In this document: in pieces, positions 1 through 13,450 of the stretch | Layout of the letters: every line of letters begins with the position of its first letter | How positions within the stretch are numbered: the first letter of the stretch is position 1 | NCBI GenBank assembly: GCA_964016885.1 | Contig: OZ024740.1 | Coordinates: forward strand, 208,692,001-208,756,000 | Source: Eledone cirrhosa | Lineage: Eukaryota | Length of the DNA stretch: 64,000 nucleotides | Reading direction: 5' to 3' | Translations under genes and position numbers: made by a program | The notes under the pieces: model-generated | The model's database searches: none | What the model was told of the DNA's origin: nothing | The model's input: only the letters and a program-made list of their open reading frames with translations

Positions 1-224
1 TAATCTTTTTCTCTCTCTCTCTTGTATGGAGACAGTTTGTGGTAGCTGGGGTTAGGCTAACTCTCTAAGCTCCCTACAATGCTGACAACCTTTTTATGTC
101 TGGCCATCTTACACTACCATCATGGGCTCCATAAGGAAACTTATCTCCCCCCCCCCCCATCAATATTGTGGTTAGGCCTGATGTTTCTTCTAGTCGCATA
201 GAAAGTAAGTCTTTGGAGACCTAT

Positions 225-430
225 AATTGGCAGAGTTCTTAGACTGTAGGATAAAATGATTTGCAGTATTTGTTCTGGTGTTCAAATCCTGTTATATTTA
301 ATTTTACCTTTCATCCTTTTGGGGTTGATGAAATAAAATACCAATGGTGGTAGATTGGCAGAATTAGGAGCCATTACTGGAGTTCAGTCTGTTGCAAGCA
401 TTTAGGTCAGATCTCTGGTTTGAGATTCTT
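225..430 (+). mobile_element. Decayed tRNA-derived SINE fragments (family A)
   Basis: ttggcagag...gttcaaatcc...tttacctttcatcctttttggggttgatgaaataaaatacca, the same family as copies at 8770, 9860, 18210, 21215 and 33860. Confidence 0.65.
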
Positions 431-856
431 TCACCTGCACCAATCTCAAAGGCCCTATAAAAAAAAAGCTAACTTTCATCTCTAACTAAACAGTAAAAAA
501 TGAAAATGGTACTCTTTGATTTTGTATTTTTGACTATTATTTCTAGCAGACTGAATGACCATGAGAGGCTCCTCATTGAACAAGAGGTTATCAAGTAAAC
601 CTATAAAGGACGGTGTTCTATGAAATTCCTGTTTTATCTTTCAGGCATTGTGTAAGCTACATTAACCAATGTCTCTTTTTGAAGTATAAGGTAAGATTTG
701 AGGACCATTTGACTGCCCTATTTAACAGAGGCTGGCTGTTTAAATAAGTAAAATAAGGGAACTATCAATGCTTATCATTTGATTGACATTGCAATTCTGC
801 ATACATGATCTCAACCTATGAATACAAAGTCCTTTCAAGGTACCAAGCTGGTTCCC

Positions 857-952
857 ACAACATATCTGCTCAAGCATTTGTGGACTGTATGTGTTAAGTC
901 ATCTTCCTACAACACATCTGCTCAAGCATCTGAGAACTGTGTGTTTAAGTCA
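857..952. repeat. ~52-bp tandem duplication
   Basis: acaacaYatctgctcaagcatYtg...actgt.tgt.ttaagtca occurs twice in tandem. Confidence 0.75.
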
Positions 953-1174
953 CTGTTGGTTTTTACCTCCATGTTTGTTTCCTATGGATCTAATTGACAA
1001 GATACTCAGTAGAAACTTCATCATTCCAACTTTTCTTTCTTCTATTTTATGAACGTAAACTACAAAATTACCAAATAATTATAGTTATAATGTAATTCAG
1101 GGCATACATACTTTTGTCAAAGGAAAAATTGCACAAGATATTTTTGAGCACATTCACAACTGAAATTTGAGTTC

Positions 1175-1300
1175 AAGACATTTTGGTGGAGTTGGCGGCT
1201 CGCTTTACTGAGGTGTCAGGTGATGCTCATGAGGGTGCCTGGTTGTTTCAGCACCTTAGCCTCGCCATCATACGTAGCAATGCTTCAAAGTGTTTAGTTA
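1175..1300 (+). mobile_element. C-terminal remnant of a CRE-clade (restriction-like endonuclease) non-LTR retrotransposon
   Basis: Translation ELAARFTEVSGDAHEGAWLFQHLSLAIIRSNAS resembles the CRE terminal motif EL..R....GD.RE..WL.QRLS.AI.RGNA. Confidence 0.6.
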
Positions 1301-1428
1301 AGCCTTATGATGTGATGCATGGCCACTTGTTACACTTGGTGGTAAATTTAAGTAAACAACGTACATAGCCAAGCGATCGCACTTTGAAGCGCTAAGAATA
1401 TAGAATTAAAATGAAGCATGATGTGCTC

Positions 1429-1645
1429 ATGCACATAGATGCTATAAAATAGGGTGAATCCACTTAAAAGATGAAAAAAAGTTGCCATCAACCGCTATAA
1501 GAAATCGAACCCCATATCCTCCAGATACATATCTGGGAGATATGGGGTTCGTTTTCTTATAGCGGTTGATGGCAACTTTTTTTTTTTTCCTCTTTTAAGT
1601 ATCTTCACCCTATTTTATAAGCCATTTTATAGCATCTCTGTGCAT
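1429..1645. repeat. Fold-back palindrome (hairpin/MITE-like), ~100-bp arms
   Basis: atgcacatagatgctataaaatagggtgaa...aagttgccatcaaccgctataagaaa.cgaaccccatatc..ccagata is mirrored after a 2-nt loop at 1528-1529. Confidence 0.9.
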
Positions 1646-1739
1646 CATCCATTACATGATCTAGCAGAAGTTTTCTGCTAGCATATGTAGTGTGCATATT
1701 GGTATTATACGCAGATATATATGCATATTGATATGATGT

Positions 1740-2160
1740 GTAAATTGAAAAGTAAAATCTGTCCAGCAATTCTTTCCTGAGACATTCTAACCACATACCT
1801 ATAGTATCGAAGCTGTGATCTCTCAATCCATAGACATAGTGACTCTACCAGGAGTGATTCTCTGATCTCCAAGCTATGCACTTTATTGAGTAACATTACT
1901 CCCAAGACCATTCAGAGGAACCCCATTTCAGCCGCTTGTATTTGAAATTGTATTCTTTTGGTCATTACCCAAGATTCATGACCCCAATAAGGCTTGGCAG
2001 GAATGCAGTAAGTTTGGCTTTTACACCTATCTCCCTTCTGATTACTGAATGTTGAAGTGGGTGCATTACTGCATCAGCTTTTGCAATTCTTGCACTTAAT
2101 TCAGCCTCCTGCTTTCCATGACTCATGAACACTGCCCTGAGATTCTTGAACTATTCCATA
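1740..2160 (-). mobile_element. RTE-clade LINE fragment (Rex3/Expander-like, post-RT region)
   Basis: Minus-strand translation ARIAKADAVM...KAKL and VHSLEIRESLLVESLCLWIERSQLRY..YVVRM; same family as 9380-9520 and 17570-17790. Confidence 0.75.
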
Positions 2161-2383
2161 TATCATGACTGTGTGTATCAACATATGTATGTTTTGTGTG
2201 AAAGTATGTGTATTTGTGTGAATGTTTGTCTGTGAGTATATTTTTGTAAGTGTATCTGTGTTTGTGCGATTAGTTATATACTCATACATATAAATGTATG
2301 TATATGTGCATACACACACACATACACGTCAGCATGTTGAAAAACATTCTAATCTTGTCATCTTTCTCTTTAACACACACACA

Positions 2384-2419
<36 letters not shown>

Positions 2420-3240
2420 CACATAGTCACTCTATTTATCTGTATCTCTCTCATCGCACACTCTCTCTTTCTTTCTGGCTTTGTCAATATATATTGTAGT
2501 TGGAGTGGTTGTGGTTGTAGTGCTGGCGATATACCAGAAGTGTTGAAATTTGAAACTTTTAATTGAAGTAAATCTTGAAATAAGCAATAAAATTATTTAC
2601 GTTTAATTAAGAGTTACATTTAGTACATAAATTATGCAATATTCATTCAATATTCAAACACCTTCATCTCAACAGAAGTAAGTTTTCCATAACCCTGTAG
2701 CTTTATAACTTAGATATATTTATTTAATCGTCTTAGTTTTATCACGTTAACCTCTCTTTATACATATGTCTACCATATGCCTGATATAGATGAGGGCCAA
2801 GTCATGTCTTTTTCATACAATGCCTTTTCTCTTAATTATCATTTCAGTATTTCTCGTATTTGTAATGTAAACACCACCTGCTACTACTGAAATTTAATGA
2901 AAATATTTGTTTACTTAGAGCATATATCCTGTTTACATATATATACATTGAGTAATCTTTTCTCTCAGTCATAAACCACAAGCTGTTTATATATATATAA
3001 TTCACCACCAAGTGTGAGGCCACACCTCACACCTTAGGGGTTAACTGCACACTTTCAGGCAAGCCAACATGCTCACAGCATTACCATGGTGATGGCAAGG
3101 CTAAGGTGCTGAAATAACCAGGCACCCTCACGGGCATATATATATTATTCACTTCTGTAAATATTTGTGATATTTAGAAATAAGAAAATGAAAATATTTC
3201 ATTCAATACACTGAATTAATTTCGCAATTTCTGCTTGTAT

Positions 3241-3361
3241 ACAGATTGTCCCCCCCCCCCCCCCCCCCAAAAAAAATGTATACACACTTCAACAGCATTC
3301 TAATAAATATTGCCTGTAGAGGTAATCAAAGTGTGTATACATTTTTTGGGAACACCCTATA
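3241..3361. mobile_element. Tc1/mariner-type MITE
   Basis: TA-cagattgtcccc...aaaaaatgtatacacact / agtgtgtatacattttttgggaacaccc-TA inverted termini; right half recurs at 34320-34385. Confidence 0.7.
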
Positions 3362-3399
3362 TATATATATATATATATATGCGAAAAAGGAAGAATCAA

Positions 3400-6005
3400 T
3401 GAAAGATGACACATCTCATGGTTGTCACACTTAATGTTGGCACTCTGAGAAGTAGATCTGGTGAGATAGTTGAGATACTAGAGAGGAGAGATGTGGATGT
3501 GTGCTGCGTGAAAGAGATGAGAAGGAGAGGTGCCTCAGCAAGAGTAATCGCAAGCAAACTGCTTAGCTATAAGCTTTTCTGGGTAGGAAACGATGATGGG
3601 TAGGCATTTTGCTGGAAGAGAAGTGGATTAACAAAACAATAGAGGTAGTTAGAGTTAGTAATAGAATCATTAAGATTAGATTAGGTGTAGGCAAGAGACT
3701 GCTGACAATCATCTCTACCTATGCTCCCCAAGCTGGCCTAAGTAAAGAAGAGAAGGACTACTTTTCAAGCAACTTCTTGAGACATCCACAATGATAGAGA
3801 ATAGAGACCTAGTCATACTAGCAGGTGACTTCAATGGTCATGTTGGTCAGCTCCAGGATGGATACACTGGGGTACATGATGGTTATTGTTATGGCTCAAG
3901 AAACAAAGAAAGAATGGGGCTTCTTGAGTTTTGTGATGCAAGTGAACTAACCATTTGCAACACTAACTTCAAGAAACCTACCTATCAGGTGAGCACATAA
4001 ACCAGATTGACTTCTTGGAACAGCATGGTAGATAGAGCCATTAAAGATAAAAGACAAGAATGTAAAAATGGAGGGAGTAGAGACCGATACTCAGCCACTA
4101 AAAGAGAGGCTAGACGTCAGGTATACTTAGCATGCAGGGAAGCTGAAAGTACAAGGTTTGCCAATGTTCTGCGATGAGAGGATCAGAGATGTGAGGTGTT
4201 CCACATTGCAAGGCATGTTGTTGGAAATAAGTGTGTCCGAAATGATGCTGGTGCACTTAATGTCACTGATGCTCAGAAAAAGGAGGCCTGGAAATGTCAT
4301 TATGAGAGACTGATAAATGTTGAGAATGAATGGGAGAGAGAGAGACCCAACAGAGGAGAGGCATTTAAGGAAATGAAAAGTGGTAAGGCTGCTGGACCGT
4401 AAGGGATAGTTGCTGAGATGCTGAAAGCATCAGGTGAAGTAAGAAACTAAACTGGTTGTATGCATAGTCAATCAAGTTATATATGGTGGAGTCATACCCA
4501 AAGACTGGTGCAGCAGTATTCTTGTAAATTGCTACAAAGGTAAAGGAGATGCTCTAGAGAGGAGCAATTATAGGGCATAAAACTGATGGAGCAGGTTATT
4601 AAAGGGACAGAAAGAGTGCTAGCACAACTAATTAGAGAAAGAGTCAAATTAGATGAGATGCAGTTTGGTTTTGTGCCTGGGAAAAGTACAGCAGATGCCC
4701 TCTTCTTAGTGAGGCAACCACAAGAGAGGTTCTTAGAGAAGACTAAACCACTATATTTAGCTTTTGTTGATCTAGAGCAGGCCTTTGATAGAGTACCCCA
4801 ATATATCATCTGGTGGTCCCTAATGAGAACTAGGTGTAGAGGACTGGCTTGTGAGGACAGTGCAAGCTATGTACAGAGGAGCTGTCAGTAAAGTGAGGGT
4901 AGGAATGAATTTAGTGAGGAATTCCAGATACAAGTAGGAGTTCATCAGAGTTCGGTCCTCAGCTCACTTTTATTCATTATAGTTCTCCAAGCCATAACAG
5001 AGGAGTTTAAAACTGGCTGCCCATGGGAATTTCTCTATGCTGACAATCTGGTAGTTATAGCCGAATCAGTAGAGGAGCTAGAGAATACATTCTGGCTATG
5101 GAACAGCAGTTGGAATCAAGAGGACTGAGAGTAAACCTAGCAAAGACTGAAGTGTTGATAAGTAGGAAAGAGGATAAAACTCTGATTCCACCAGGGAAAT
5201 GGCCATGCTCAATATGTAGAAAAGGAGTTGGCATAAACTCTATAGAATGTACACAATGCAGATCTTGGATACACAAGAGGTGTAGTGGGATAGCAGGCAA
5301 TCTAACAGGAAGGGAAAACTTCATATGTAGTAGATGTTCAGGGAAAATTGATAGAAGTATTGTCAGTGATAGGCATACTTTTCAAATGCAGGTAGGATCT
5401 ATAGAGGTGGTTGATAGCTTTTGATACCTAGGTGATCAGATTAGCAAGAGAGGAGAATGCTCTGAGGCCATAGTATCTAGAATAAGGACAGGATGGAAGA
5501 AGTTTAGGGAGCTGCTTCCGTTTTTGACAACAAAGGGTTTCTCCTTATGAATGAAAGGTCGGTTGTTTGATGCTGCATGGTAGTGAGACATGGGCAGCAA
5601 CTGAGGAGGATATGCGAAGGTTGGAGAGAAATGAAGCAAGCATGCTCCATTGGATGTGCAATGTCAATGTACATGAACGACCAAGCATGGATAAGTTGAG
5701 AGTGAGACTGTGTACAAGAGGGATAAACTGTAGTGTGCAGGAGAGAAGACTTGCATTAGTATGACCATGTGATGCACATGGAAGATGACTACTGGGTGAA
5801 GAAGTGCCAAGAAATCCTGGTGGAAGGAAGATGCAGTAGAGGAAGACCACAAAAAACATGGGCGGAGATGGTGAGAGCTGATTGCAGATCGCTGAAGCTC
5901 ATGGAGATGACGAGGGACCGTGAGGAATCGAGAGATGCTGTGCTGAAGAGGACCTGTCCCAACCTTGCAAGCAGGGAAAAGCGGACGTAAAATGATGATG
6001 ATGAT
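3400..6005 (+). mobile_element. Decayed RTE-clade LINE (APE endonuclease + RT + PHD finger), internally deleted
   Basis: Motifs TLNVGTL, YAPQ, AGDFNGHVG, QFGFVPGKST, FVDLEQAFDRVP, YADNL, a C4HC3 finger and GRPQKTW; 3' tail gcggacgtaaaa(tga)n; many stops and frameshifts. Confidence 0.93.
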
Positions 6006-6364
6006 ATATATATATATATATACACACACATACATAATTCAAACATGTATATATGCAATGAATCTGGTGAGTCGAACGAGGTATTTTCGTTTTCTTATTT
6101 TGAGATCTGTTGTCAAATATTCCCTTACATTCTCATTAATTTCATATTAAATTAATCATCCCTTCTAGTATTTTTCATTTTCTCCCAAACCCTTTAGCTA
6201 ATATTCAGTGATTTAGCAAGAAACATGAAAGTTTCACTAATTGAGAAACATATGTCAATATACTTATTTCATATCGCTTTTCTATATCATCGTTTTAAAT
6301 GTTTTAATTGATTTTTAACCTTTAACTAATATATTTATTATCTAGCATCGAGCAACATCCTTAC

Positions 6365-8565
6365 TGGGTTGATACAATAAAGTTCCAGTCCTGGCATTGA
6401 CAAGGCTTTATCTAGCCATACCGTAGGAAATCCTATGGGATATATACGCCCTAAAGCCTTTACTTTCACCCTCTAACCAGGCATTCACAAAAGTTTAATT
6501 GGCTGTAGGAGATATTATGAGAAGTATACGGGCTAAAACTCCTATCACTCTCTAATCTCAATTTGATCAGGGATTTGGTGATACATCTTGAAATGCCTTC
6601 TTTTACACTCTAATCTGTCATTGACAAGGGTTGATCTGATGGTAGGAGATCCTATTGAACTCTTTCACCGTCTAACCAGGCATTTACCAGGGTTTAGCTG
6701 GCCATGTGATATCCTATGGGAAGTATTCGCCTAAAACTGCTTCTTTTGCCCTCTAACCAGGCTTTTACTGGGGTTCAGCTGGGCATATGAGATCCTATGA
6801 GAGGAATACTCCTAAATCTGCTTCTTTGGCCATCTATCCTTTCATTGACCAGGGTTTAGGAGATCCAATGGGAAGTATATGCCTTAAAACTATTTCTTTT
6901 ACTCTCTAATCTCTAACCTGGCATTGACAAGGGTTGAGCTGGCCATAGGAGATCCTATTTGATGTATTGAACCTAAAGCCATTACTTTTGCACTCTGACC
7001 TGGGTTTAGCTGGCTGTATGAGATCGGATGGCAAGTGTACAGCCTAAAACTGCTTCTGTCACATTCTATCCTCGCATTGACAATGGTTTAGCTGGCTGTA
7101 GGAGATCTTTTGTGATGTATACGCTCTAAAGCCTTTGCTTTCCCCCTTTAGTCAGGAATAGACCAGTATTTAGCTGGCTATATATGATCTCATGGGAAGT
7201 ATAGGCCTAAAACTTCTTTCACCCTCTATGGCTGTAGGAGATCCTATAGGAAGTATATAGCCTAAAACTCCTTCTATCACACTCTAACATCATTTTGATC
7301 AGGGATTTGGTGATCCTATAAGAAGTGTACACCTTAAAACACCTTCTTTTACACTCTAATCTGTCGTTGACAAGGGTTGAGCTGATGGTTGGAGATCCTA
7401 TTGAACGAATATGACTTAAAGCTGTTACTTTTGCACTCTGACATGGGTTTAGCTAAACATATAAGATCTTATAGGAAGTATACAGCCTAAATCTGCTTCT
7501 TTCACCTTCTATTCTGGCATTTACAAGGGTTTAGTTGACAGTAGGAGATCGTATGGGGTTATACACCCTCTATTCATGCATTGACCATGGTTTAGCTGGC
7601 TATATTAGGTCCTATGCAATGTATATGCTTACATCTGCTTCTTTTGCCTTCTAACTTGGCATTGACATTGGTTTAGCTGGCTGTAAGAGATCCTAAGGAA
7701 GTATACACCCTCAAACTGCTTCTTTATCCCTCTATCCTTGCATTGACAAGGCTTTAACTCGTGTAAGTATATGCCCTTAAGCCTTTACTTTCCTATGGGA
7801 AGTATATGGCCTGAAACTGCTTCTTTCACCCTCTTACCTTGCATTGAAAAGGCTTTAAAAGATCCTATAGAAAGTATATGCTTTAATCTCCTTCTTTTAC
7901 CTTCTAACCAGTCATTTACCAGGTTTTAGCTAGATATTTGTGATTCTATGTGATGTATGTGCCTTAAAACTGCTTCTTTCACACTCACTCAAGGTATTTC
8001 CCAGTGTTCAGCTGGCCATATGAGATCCTATGGGAAGTTTACACATACAACTGCTTCTTTCGACATCTAACAAGGCATTTACCAGGGTTTAGCTAGACAT
8101 ATCACATCCTATGGGAACTATACAGCCTGAAACTTCTACTTACACCCAGGAACCTTTCATTGACAAGGGTTTAGAAGCCCAATGGATAGTTTATGCTTTA
8201 AAACTGCTTCTTTTACTCTCTCACCTGGCAGTAGAAGATCCTGTGGAAGTATGCACCTATAATTGCTTCTTTCACCCTCTTACCAGACATTGAAAAGGGT
8301 TTAGCTGAACGTAGGTGATCCTAAAGGAAGTATACATCCTGAAACTGTTTCTTTCACTCTCTAACCAGGCATTGACCAAGGTTTATCGAGCTGTAAGAGA
8401 CGCTATAGGACATATATGCCCTAAAGCCATTACTTTTGCCCTCTAACTTGGCATTCACAAAAGTTTAGCTGGCCGTACGGGAAGTATACAGGTTAAAACT
8501 CCTTTTCTAATCTCTCTTTTGCCTTCTGACCTGCCATTGACAGCGGTTTACCTGGATGTAGGAGA
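6365..8565 (+). repeat. Diverged ~80-bp tandem minisatellite
   Basis: Consensus ggcattgacaagggtttagctggccataggagatcctatgggaagtatacgcctaaaactgcttctttcaccctctaacc repeated roughly 27 times. Confidence 0.92.
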
Positions 8566-8589
8566 TCAACCTGTATGTTAAATTCCTCG

Positions 8590-8715
8590 CTATAGTCAGC
8601 TAAACCCTTGTCAATGTAAGGTTAGAGGGTAAAAGGATCAGTTTGAGGACGTCTACTTCCTTTAGAATCACATACCACCAGCTAAATCCTAGTCCATGAC
8701 TGGATAGAGGGTAAA
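8590..8715 (-). repeat. ~80-bp minisatellite units in inverted orientation
   Basis: cagctaaacccttgtcaatg...gttagagggtaaaa is the reverse complement of the consensus. Confidence 0.8.
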
Positions 8716-8719
8716 AAAA

Positions 8720-8980
8720 ATTGCTGGTCTTGTGCCAAACGTAGAAACAATTATTATCATTAGGGCAGTGGATTGGCAGTATCGGTAGAGCACCGGGCAT
8801 CATGCGTTGCAGCATAGAGTTATGGCCCTTTACGTTCTGAATTAAAATCATGCCAGGGTTAGCTTTGCCTTTCATCGATAAAATACAGTACAAGTCACGC
8901 ACTGAGGTCGATTTAATCGACTTTCCCCTCCCCTTCAAATTGTTGGCCTTGTGCCTAAATCAGAAACAATTATTATTATT
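8720..8980 (+). mobile_element. tRNA-derived SINE (family A)
   Basis: ggattggcagtatcggtagagc (A-box-like), tttgcctttcatc, gtcgatttaatcgac, ggccttgtgcc...gaaacaatt(att)n tail. Confidence 0.8.
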
Positions 8981-9379
8981 AGATACTCCCCTACCAACAA
9001 TAGTTTATTATTTCAGTCTAAGTCTCTGATGTCAGTGAAAGACACACCTTGGAGAAACACGATACTCTTCTTAATATTCCTGCTACATTCCCTTACTGGT
9101 CACTAAATATAGAGACAAATATCTGAAACTACATCAGACCTAAGGAACACCTGCACAGGTCCCCATTCTCACCCCCTGTCGTGAGATCTCCATCGGTTAC
9201 GACGATGACTGTTGTTCCCACAACTGGAATAATACAAGTTTTTTTTTTGTTTTTGTTTTTGGGGTATGTTTTCAAAATTCTTTTTATTTATTCAAAGTAA
9301 ATCAATTTAACATCGTTTTATGTATTATATAACAAACAGTTTATTGCTATGAAAATTATCCACTTCCTCCACCTCCTCC

Positions 9380-9520
9380 TTCTTCTTCTTCTGAGAGGGT
9401 TATGGAGGCAGAGTCTCAAACACTCCTTCCAGTGGGTCCTGTCAGAAGCAACAGTCTCCGGCTGGATCTCTAATTGTGACCAACCAAGCTCATGGATATT
9501 ATCACCCGACCAAATATTCA
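9380..9520 (-). mobile_element. 3' end of Rex3/Expander-like RTE LINE
   Basis: Translation W.DNIHELGWSQLEIQPE..ASDR.HWK..LRL followed by a (gaa)n tail. Confidence 0.65.
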
Positions 9521-9739
9521 AATGACAATTATCAAATTAAATACCAGCTCATTAAAAACCATTGATAATTACATAAATATGAAAAAGAAAGATAAAAACA
9601 AAATTAATGAGAACAAAAGGGGAAGGGTTAAAGAAGGGCAGATCTGGCTTTGTGGGAAAGTAGAGGAAAGGATTATAAATGTCATAAATGAGAGGAAGGG
9701 AGGAGCAAAGACACAAGAAGAAGAAGAAGAAGACTATTG

Positions 9740-10150
9740 TGGGATCCTTACGGGATCGATAAAATAAAGTACCAGTAATGCACTGGGGTAATTGTTGGCC
9801 TTGTGCCAAAAGAAGAAACATTATTATTATTATTATTGTTGATATAGAAGGGGTCAATTTGGCAGAGTTGTTAGTTGGTTGGATATTTCTTCCGGGGTCT
9901 CTGAGTTTCAAATCCCGTCCAGGTCCACTTTACTTTTCATCCTTAAAAGGGTATAAGATGGTCAGAATTGGTAGAGCGTCAGAGGCAATGTGATTATGAT
10001 ATTTGTTCCGGTTCTTTATAATCTCATTTCAAATCTTGTCGAGGTCAACTTTGCCTTTCATCCTTCTGAGGTTGATAAAATAAAGTACCAGTGACGTACT
10101 GGGGAGATCCTTTCTAAATTGCTTGCCTTGAGTCTATATTAGAAAATCGG
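9740..10150 (+). mobile_element. Cluster of SINE family A fragments
   Basis: gatcgataaaataaagtaccag and tcaaatc...gaggtcaactttgcctttcatcc. Confidence 0.75.
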
Positions 10151-10715
10151 TAGAAAGTAATGGCTTTAAGGTATATACTTCTCAGAGGATCTTCTTCCAT
10201 CAACTTAACCCTTTTCAATGCCAGGATAGAAGGTGAAAGAAGCAGTTTTTGACCATATACATCCTTTAAGATCTCATACCGCCAGCTAAACCCTGGTCCA
10301 TGACATGATAGAAAGCAAACAAAGCAGTTGTAGGTGTATACTTCCCATAGAATCTCATATGGTCAGCTATCCCCATGTTAGTGCAAAAATAACAACTTTA
10401 GGTCATATACGTTTCACAAGATTTTCTATGGCCATATTAGAGGGTAAAAGAAGGTGTTTCAAGGTGTATACTTCCCATAGGATCACCTCATCCCTGATCA
10501 AAGTGAGATTAGAGGGTGATAGAAGGAGTTTTAGACCGTATACTTCCCATAGGATCTCCGACGGCCAGCTAAACCTTTGTGAATGCCTGGTTAGAGGGCG
10601 AACGTAAAGGCTTTAGGGCATATACGTCCATATGATTTCCTACGGTATGGCTAGATAAAGCCTTGTCAATGACAGGTTAAAAGGGAAAAGAAGCAGTTTA
10701 TGGTCGTATACATAG
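10150..10715 (-). repeat. ~80-bp minisatellite, inverted copy of the 6.4-7.4 kb part of the array
   Basis: ttcctacggtatggctagataaagccttgtcaatg is the reverse complement of 6394-6428; cctgatcaaa.tgagattagag mirrors 6550-6570. Confidence 0.85.
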
Positions 10716-10939
10716 AATCTAGGAAGACCTAGATGATTTACAAGTTGACCATAAAAAAGAGAAGTAACATTAAGAAAGTCATGAACTACACCACATCCTT
10801 TTGAAATTCGATTTAATTTAATCTAATTTATATTATTTTCTATATTTCATTTTATTTATGTTATTTTATTTTATTCTAAATTAATTCAATTTAATTAAAT
10901 TTTGAAAGTAGGTTTATAATTATTAATTTTCAACAGATT

Positions 10940-11600
10940 TTTTGTAGTTGTCTCGGTGGCCTGGTGAGAGGTCTTAGAGGCAGTGGAGGACCTACTCTGG
11001 AGTTCAATTCTGGACAAGAGTTACTTGTAGAGTTTCCTATTAATCTTTTTCAATTTTCCCTTTACATCACTTAGAAAAAATTTGAAAAATGTTTTGAGAA
11101 ACCCGAAGCGTATTTATTTTATTTCATTTAATTGCTAATCTTGCCTTTATTTCTCAACTTCCCTCTGTCATCTGCTCAATTATGGTATTTGAACTTCTCA
11201 ACTAGTTCCAGCCTCGCATCTTGGCAACCTATGTTTATTTCTACATTCTGTCTAGTTGCTGCCATTACTTTTGTCTTTTTGATGCTGATTCTCTTGAAAT
11301 TCTGTAAACTTTATCCAGCAGTGTTTGTAGATTTGCTGGTGAGTTTGCTATGAGCACTATGTCATCAACATATTGCAGGTTGTTGATCCCTTTACCACCA
11401 ACAGTAACCCCGATCCAGGAGAGCATATCTGCTGACTTTCACATCACCTCCTCAGAGTAAAGATTGAATGACAAAGGCGACATCAAGCATACCTGTTGAA
11501 TTCCTCTGTTCACAGTGAAACATTCTGTGAGCTCTGTTTCCCCTCTCACTGCAGCTTGTGTACGCGAGTTTGTGTACAGCTTGTGCACACAAGTTTGTTT
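10940..11600 (-). mobile_element. RTE (BovB-like) RT fragment
   Basis: Reverse complement of 16500-17160; SPLSFNLYSEEVM and NNLQYVDDIVLI motifs. Confidence 0.85.
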
Positions 11601-12118
11601 GCATTAGTATCTCCTATGGTCATATAGTTAAAGCATATACTTCCCATATGATCTTCTAAACCCTTGTCAATGCGAGGTTAGAGGGTGAAGGAAGCAGTTT
11701 CAGGCAGTATACCTACCATAGGATCTCCTACGTTCAGCTAAACCCAGGTCAGAGTGCAAAAGTAATGGCTGTAGGTCGTATACTTCCCATACGATATCCT
11801 ACGGTCAGCTAAAACCCTGTCAGAAGGCAAAAGAAGCAGATTTAAGCATATACATCGCATAGAATTTCATACGACCAGCTAAATCTTGGTAAACGCTTGG
11901 TTAGAGGGTGAAAGTAATGGCTTTAGAGCGTATACGTCAACTAAACCATTGTCAATGTCAGGGTAGAAGGTGAAAGAAGCTGTTTTAGGCCATATACTTC
12001 CTATAGGATCTCATATGGCCAGCTGAGCCTATGTCAGAATGCGAAAATAACAACTTTAGGTCAAATTGGTGTCATAGGATCTCCCACCGTCAGCTAAACT
12101 CTTGTAAATGACAGATTA
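11600..12118 (-). repeat. ~80-bp minisatellite, inverted
   Basis: tatacttcccataggatctc.ta...cagctaaac units. Confidence 0.85.
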
Positions 12119-13206
12119 AAACATATAACCCCAACCCTACTATATACCTAAACTGTTGGAGTAATTATACACTGACACACAGAAATACATTCACATGAAA
12201 CTACACCCCCCTACATTTCTGATAAAAGAGAGATAACTACTCCGTGAAGCAGAACCTTAGTTATTCTATTAGAGTTCAGGCTAGAGAGTTAGTAGTGACT
12301 GAGCCCAAACCAGCCTTAACCATGATATAGAATTAATCAGGCATCAAATGAAATTCAATTTTATCAAGGAACATAGATTCCAGATGGAAGGGAAACAACT
12401 CAAATAACAATTAACTAAAAAAGTGGCGGAGTAGTCTCCCTTTGACTGTTAATACAACCATATGAGTAACATATTTATATATACATATATATAACTTAAT
12501 CATTTTCGGTAAATATTTTCTATCTTGATGGAACTATTTGAAATACAAAATGTTCTCTAATAAAATTTGAACTACGTCTTTTTCTTAACTATATATTGAA
12601 AATGTAAACACAATATCTTTCGTAACCCTTACATTTTAAAATAATATTTGAATTATTTATCTATTTAAAATAACAACATACAAAATCACCAATAATATTT
12701 ATATTTATATTTTTGTTGTACACTTACAATCTTAATTCTTCATAAAATCTAATTATAAGGATTATCTATATAATATTATAACTCCGGATTTGGTTATATA
12801 CTTTAAATTTTTGGATTAGTATTCTACCACTTCAACACATTTAAACTTTTTAAATTTACTTTCTTCTTTCTTCTTCCTTTTTGAAGTATCCTAATAATTA
12901 TTTAAATCTACCTAGCGTCTAAATATAACGACCTTTTCAGCCTACTTCATTTAACATATCCATCCTAACGATTTTAAATTTTTTCTTTTTTCCTTTTCCT
13001 TTCACTATCCAAACGGAACCTGAACCGATAAGGTCTGGTTTCTGGGATATGTCAATATTTATAAAACAAATTTTGTATTTTATCTGTTGAGAGCGTACCA
13101 AAGTTTTTGGTACCCTTGAAATATATATAATAAAATAAATATGGTTTTATAAATATAGTTTCCATTTATTAATATCATTGATATATAATATACATATATA
13201 TATATT

Positions 13207-13450
13207 ATCATCATCTCCGTTTAACGTCCATGTTTCAACGCTGGCATGGGTTAGACGAGTTATCCTGTGAGCAATGCCAGGTCAGGTGACAATGTCTTGC
13301 TCATACAGAACTGATTTTGGCTTGGTTTCTACAGCTGGATGCTCTTTCTAGCCCCAACTTCATTTAAAGTGAGTGTTGGGTACTTTTCGCCGTGACACAT
13401 ACATGACCACTTTACAGTGTGGGCTGGGCTCTTTTTGTTGTGACACCTAC
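13207..13450 (-). mobile_element. SINE family B (RTE-type 3' tail)
   Basis: tttaacgtccatgtttcaacgctggcatgggttagacg...tttctacagctggatgc is the reverse complement of 24780-25005. Confidence 0.8.

Noticed and set aside
178-215. CTGATGT...GAAAG motif
   Set aside because: Core mismatch and no convincing stems I-III
12470-13180. AT-rich minus-strand segment with an NIIGDF-like endonuclease motif
   Set aside because: Single short motif among many stops; cannot be assigned
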